This document shows, in pieces, positions 48,872-54,464 of a stretch of 54,464 bases of DNA. Where the stretch lies: NCBI RefSeq assembly GCF_001194135.2, contig NC_068989.1, positions 67,960,375 to 68,014,838 on the forward strand, read 5' to 3'. Source of the stretch: Octopus bimaculoides (lineage: Eukaryota). Within the stretch, counting starts at the first letter, position 1; each line of letters opens with the position of its first letter. The notes beneath the pieces were generated by a model. It was not told where the DNA came from. It made no database searches and worked only from the letters and a program-made list of their open reading frames with translations. Both the position numbers and the translations under genes were made by a program.

Positions 48872-49204
48872 GGAGGCGCAATGGCCCAGTGGTTAGGGCA
48901 GCGGACTCGCGGTCATAGGATCGCGGTTTCGATTCCACGAGGCTCCGGCAGGGGATGGTGGCGAACCCTGCTGTACTCTTTCACCACAACTTTCTCTCAC
49001 CCTTACTTCCTGTTTCTGTTGTGCCTGTAATTCAAAGGGTCAGCCTTGTCACACTGTGTCACGCTGAATATCCCCGAGAACTACGTTAAGGGTACACGTG
49101 TCTGTGGAGTGCTCAGCCACTTGCACGCTAATTTCACGAGCAGGCTATTCCATTGATCGAATCAACTGGAACCCTCGTCGTCGTAAGCGACGGAGTGCCA
49201 ACAA
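48872..49204 (+). mobile_element. Family A SINE, tail type 2, with a 48-bp internal deletion
   Basis: Near-identical to 16952-17330 apart from the deletion; possible TSD ACAATACA at 48862 and 49207. Confidence 0.93.
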
Positions 49205-50424
49205 CTACAATACAAGGATACGTGATAGTTATTTTTCGGGAAACATTTTAGAGAAAGAAAACCAAAAGTAACCACAGTGTTTGAAATGTCGAAATAATCA
49301 TGAATCATAGCGAATCTGGTTTTCATTCTCAGTCATCACTTTATCTTCTTTCATATTGGTGTAGTCCCTATGAAGGGGCTGTGCACTTTACCTTCGATTT
49401 ACGTTGTAAATGTTTCCGTTGGATATTAGAAAGCTGCTGCCTGCAAGAGAAAAGTGAGCATCGAGAAAATTCCAGACGCTCGACGTTCTGGAGTAGACTG
49501 AAAGGACGTAGCAATTAGTGTAAAGCCTTGGAGCGGATGGTGAGCAGACACAACATCGGTGACGTGGAAATGGGAGAAGAATGGGTAGACCATGTCTAAT
49601 TGGTGGTGGCATGAAAAAAATGAAATCCGAATAGCAGAGGTCATGGCAGTAGCAGTAGAAAATAGAGCGAGGAGCAACAACACGTCCGTGAGTCACGGAT
49701 TCTAAGATACCCATTTGCTTTACGCGTCTTCATGCCAATCCATATTGATTAAAATATCATAGAGAAATAAAGAGAATGAGTATCACAGAGTCTAATGTCC
49801 GTTTGTGTATAAGATCTTGCAACCATGTTTGTATCGTTTCAAATTCTATCATATTATGTTACTGTTAACTTAGGTGCTTACTGACGAAGCTTGCTTATTA
49901 ATCTACAGCTAACATCACCAGAAAGTAAGCTACCATGAATGATTACTTTGAATTCCGTCGAGTCGTACTATTGTTGCAAAATAAAGTTTTAAGAAATTGT
50001 GGAAAACGTTTTTCATACTGATATATAATACAATGTGCCATCATGCTGTGAGAAATCAGTGCGTTAAACGATTAAGTATGTACACATATTTACAATGGTG
50101 ATGACAAGCATAATCTATTCATGTCAGCTTGGTATATACATATTGAATTGATTTTTTGGAAAAAATCAAACTCCAGTGGTTCTAATTCTAATATTCCGAA
50201 ATATGACCCAATTTTGGAATGCCAATACAAAAACAAAAGAAAGAAAATTGAATGTAAATAATTACATTTATAGATTTTTGACAAAGACACATTGCTACGA
50301 TTTATATGGTCGACGTGGGACTAGATTAGAGTATATCCGCGACATTGGAAGGAAAGAAAGTGAAAATATTCTGCAATGAAGAATTACATAATCAAATACA
50401 TACATACATCTCTCTCCCTCTCTC

Positions 50425-50455
<31 letters not shown>

Positions 50456-50648
50456 NNNNNNNNNNNNNNNNNNNNNNNNNNNNNNNNNNNNNNNNNNNNN
50501 NNNNNNNNNNNNNNNNNNNNNNNNNNNNNNNNNNNNNNNNNNNNNNNNNNNNNNNNNNNNNNNNNNNNNNNNNNNNNNNNNNNNNNNNNNNNNNNNNNNN
50601 NNNNNNNNNNNNNNNNNNNNNNNNNNNNNNNNNNNNNNNNNNNNNNNT

Positions 50649-50679
<31 letters not shown>

Positions 50680-50706
50680 CATATACATATATATATACAT
50701 ATATAT

Positions 50707-51500
50707 AGTAATTTAAGATTAGGTAGGCTATATAATATCACTTGCTAAAATCAGTCATTGTTCCAAAAACGACCATAAAAATTACGAGAAAGATACACAC
50801 TAGCAATGCAATAAACATTTCAGAAATAGGCTTACCTTTGCTTTGAATACATAGATAAATAATACATATTTCAATACCAATTGATTTCACGCTATGCATG
50901 ACAAACATGCTTTGCGATTTTCAGTTGAAAACAGCATTTAACATCTATTTCTAAGATATTCACTACGTCGGCTCCTGTGCGTTCCTAACTTTAAACAAGA
51001 AAAATTGAAATAAAGTAGTATTAGTACCGTTATTTACAGTAATAATAAGGTGGCTTGCATGTTCACACCTTTACAGGCTCAATATAAAGTAATTTAAGAT
51101 TAGGTAGGGTATAAAATAAATACCACTTCAGTTGAAAATAGGAACGCACACGAGCTGACGTAGTGAATATTTGAGAAATAGATGTGAAATGGTGTTTTCA
51201 ACTGAAGACCGCAAAGCATGCTTAACATGCAAAGCGGGAAATCAATTGGTACTGAAATAGTATTACTTGTCTATGTATTCAAAGTAAAGGTAAGCCTATT
51301 TTTGAAATGCTCATTGCATTGCTCGAGTGTATCTTTATCGTAATTTTTATGGTTGTTTACGGAGCGAAGGCTCTGATTTTAGCAAGTGGTATTATATACC
51401 CTGCCTAATCTTAAATTACTTTATATTGTGCCAGTAAAGGTGTGAACTTGCTGGCCACCTTATGATTACTGTAAATAACGATAATTATACTACTTTATTT
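50707..51500. mobile_element. Foldback-like element with nested long inverted repeats
   Basis: 50707-50988 is an imperfect reverse complement of 51139-51420, and 51008-51113 is an imperfect reverse complement of ~51395-51500. Confidence 0.85.
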
Positions 51501-51593
51501 TTGTATACCTATATATATACACACATACATACATAATACATACATATTATATATATATGCATATGTACAGAGAGAAGGAGAGAGGGGAGAGGG

Positions 51594-51643
<50 letters not shown>

Positions 51644-51809
51644 NNNNNNNNNNAGATAGAGAGAGAGAGAGAGAGAGAGAGAGTGTATAAAAAGTACAGA
51701 ATACTGGGAAGAGAATACATAGTTTCTTAACTCAAGCACAATATATTCGTATATACATATGAATAAATGTGTATACATATATGTATATTTGTATACGTAG
51801 ATACATATG

Positions 51810-51852
<43 letters not shown>

Positions 51853-51981
51853 NNNNNNNNNNNNNNNNNNNNNNNNNNNNNNNNNNNNNNNNNNNNNNNN
51901 NNNNNNNNNNNNNNNNNNNNNNNNNAATTAACAATTTTGCCGGGTAGCCCAGTGTGAAAAAACCTTATCGGTAAAATCATT

Positions 51982-52154
51982 TATAATCATAAATACATAG
52001 GGATTGATAGTAACCTGCCTCTCCAACATACTGAGAATTCAGAAATAGCAGCCAAAGAACTACTGATTCCAAAACTACAAATTTTACTCTAAATTGAATT
52101 CTCAGTATGTTGGAGAAGCAGGTTACTGTCAATCCCTATATATTTATGATTATA
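51982..52154. mobile_element. 173-bp MITE-like hairpin: 60-bp arms and a 53-bp spacer
   Basis: Arms 51982-52041 and 52095-52154 match at 57 of 60 positions; the right end runs into (TA)n. Confidence 0.9.
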
Positions 52155-52637
52155 TATATATATATATATATATGCATATATGTGTGTGTTCTTGTGTGTA
52201 ATGTGTGTGTGTGTGTATAATGAAAGTCAATTCGTGACCGAGTGAGACCGCATCTTTAACTCTGTAAGTCTGCACAAATAAACCGAGAGTCCGAGAAGTA
52301 CTTGTGCGTCTATTTGTTGTGGATGGGGAATGTGTTGCATTCCTATAGAAACTCTTTTTAGCGCAATCAGCTATTAAACCAGTGGAAGACCAGCGGTTCA
52401 GACCAAACGCACTAAGTTATTTTATTTTTTAATCAAGTTTACCTTTTCCTAGAAAGGAGCTCCAATGAAAAGTTAGGGGTATTTTATTCTCAGTCTTTCA
52501 CATAACAATAAACGCACAAAGTAAAAGTAATTTGCGTACAATAATGGCTAAAGGTGGTTCCACACTCCTCAAAACCCTGAAACTCTTATACCAGGGCCCC
52601 ACAACCGGATGTCATTAAAAGTCACACCCAGAACAAA

Positions 52638-52689
<52 letters not shown>

Positions 52690-52822
52690 CTGGCAGATGG
52701 ATTTAGCTCAAACCATCGACCGTTTGAGTGGTCACTACTGATGATACCTACAAAGTAGGTGAACCTAGTCTAGCCTTGTGATTCTAGAGGTGGTCATGGA
52801 ACAGTAATATCCCCTGTCGGTG
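52690..52822 (+). mobile_element. Short element between TA-rich repeats carrying a hammerhead motif, family H2 (unrelated in sequence to H1)
   Basis: A ~130-bp unique segment between (CA)n(TA)n and TGTATATAT; contains the motif at 52735-52773. Confidence 0.6.
52735..52773 (+). ncRNA. Minimal type-I hammerhead ribozyme motif
   Basis: CTA-CTGATGA-T-ACCTAC(AAA)GTAGGT-GAAC-CTAGTC-TAG: canonical CUGAUGA, perfect 6-bp helix II, GUC triplet and 3-bp helix I. The last A of GAAA is C; restoring it gives a palindromic ACTAGT helix III. Confidence 0.7.
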
Positions 52823-53020
52823 TATATATGTTGCGCTCTTACAGCATTAAGAGTCTTTACCGCTTATTTTATAACAATTTAGATGCTTTGGCACTTCAGT
52901 CACATTTAGTGATAAATAAATTTTCCCCTTATAGTCGTAGTATATTGCGCCTAGCTGTTTACACTAATTCACACACACACATATGTATGTAAGTATACAC
53001 ATGTATATAAGCGCGCGCGT

Positions 53021-53061
<41 letters not shown>

Positions 53062-53559
53062 CATGCATATACACATACACATATTCTAGGAGAGAAACTA
53101 ACCCACTAAATTTTGATTCTTAATTGAATAATCCTGTATGTACATTTTTATCGGTGTAAATATTTCTTTCGGTACATAACGAAATATATAAGGTTATATA
53201 CGATTTATTGTAATATACCAGATCTCATTAACTTGAACATATCAACCCCGTATCATCCTCGTCCATCATGTCTGCCGTATTTTTCAGCCCCATAATTTTA
53301 TTTCAAAGCGATAAAAAACGTATTATATATGCGTGGACGTGTCTCTGAGGATGTGAGATAAAGATATGACTGCTATATCTAGTACGTTCAGCGACTGCAT
53401 ACCTGTCTTCGTTCCTTTATCGTAAATATATGAAATTCATTTATTTAACAAGAAAACAACTCGAAAACTTTCCAGGTTCGTAGACTGTTTGAAACAACGA
53501 ACTTTTTAAGAGAGGGGTGACAGAATAGGTCGAGTGCCTGCGGAAAAATTGCAGGATAT

Positions 53560-53660
53560 ATATTAAGGTCTTGAATTCAAATGCTTCCAGAGTGAATTTT
53601 AACTTTCATCCTTCTAGAGTCGATAAAATAGGTACCTCGAAATATGTGGCCTTTTAGCTA
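53560..53660 (+). mobile_element. Degenerate family B SINE fragment
   Basis: TTGAATTCAAAT...CTTTCATCCTTCTAGAGTCGATAAAATAGGTACC. Confidence 0.6.
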
Positions 53661-54464
53661 ATGCCGTAAATCAATAATTATCTTGCTAACTCCACAGAAA
53701 GTCCCTATAGTTTAAAGAAGAGTGAAACAGAAGTTATCTTGAAGTTACCTTAATGTCTTTTCTAGGGAAATTATCGATGTAAATGAAAGGAAATTGGTTT
53801 CAACTGCGGATTGTTGGAAACCTAATCTCTTGCTATAATGTCTAAGAAACACACTACTTGTAGTAGTTTATGTGAATATATCACAAAATACGTTTGCTAT
53901 CAATAACCTAAAATTAGTGCTCTTCCTTTTAAACTGATCTATGTATATGTTCATATTCATATATATATATATATATATACATGCACACACACACACGTAC
54001 ACACACATACAAACACACACGTACACACACATACACTCATACACACAAACACACACACATGTATATGTATGTATGTGTGTATTTGTGGGTGGGTTTGTGT
54101 GTGTTTGTGTGTGCGTGCGTCCGTCTGTGGTTTCGTATAGGAATTTCGATATTAATAACCAGTTGTAACAACACTGCATACATATCCTTTAGAAAAAAGT
54201 ATCAGCTGAATACGAAGCATAATATCAAATAATGAATGACAAAAGAACAGGAGTTACGTAACAACTTCCTTTCGTTTGCAGCTGTTTCTATTTTGAGAAA
54301 CATAGCTCAAAATTTAGTTCTCGCGCAGCATTCTTATAGCTTCATCGGAGACGTTATAGTAGGAAAGCAGTAACATATTGAATGAGATTATGTAACACCT
54401 GTTGCTTCTTTGCCATTCGTGTGTACATATATATATATATATACATACATATATATATATATAT

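Overview
AT-rich, microsatellite-dense animal genomic DNA with 11 N-gaps. The SINE repertoire and the very high simple-repeat load point to an octopus (inference). No intact protein-coding gene can be named, and almost all ORFs in the track are artefacts of microsatellites or gaps. Supported content: (i) about 30 copies or fragments of several tRNA-derived SINE families with interchangeable heads and tails; (ii) the 3' end of an R4/Dong-clade LINE sitting in (TAA)n; (iii) a 5'-truncated L1/Tx1-clade LINE joined back-to-back to a short inverted piece of a different L1/Tx1 lineage; (iv) DNA-transposon relics (an internally deleted pogo element, a Tigger-like MITE, hAT MITEs, a mariner end, a possible piggyBac remnant); (v) foldback elements and degenerate mini-/satellites. 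The most interesting signals are three short elements from two families, each embedded in (TA)n and carrying a minimal type-I hammerhead-ribozyme motif of the Penelope/retrozyme kind; a SINE whose tail matches the 3' end of the L1/Tx1 LINE in the same window; an old tandem duplication (about 17.6-18.5 kb vs 22.9-24.0 kb) that preserves a small ATG-to-donor exon; and an NRF1/CRE/CCAAT promoter-like cluster near 10.1 kb upstream of several candidate small exons. Repeat boundaries were read by eye and are approximate; all exon calls are tentative.
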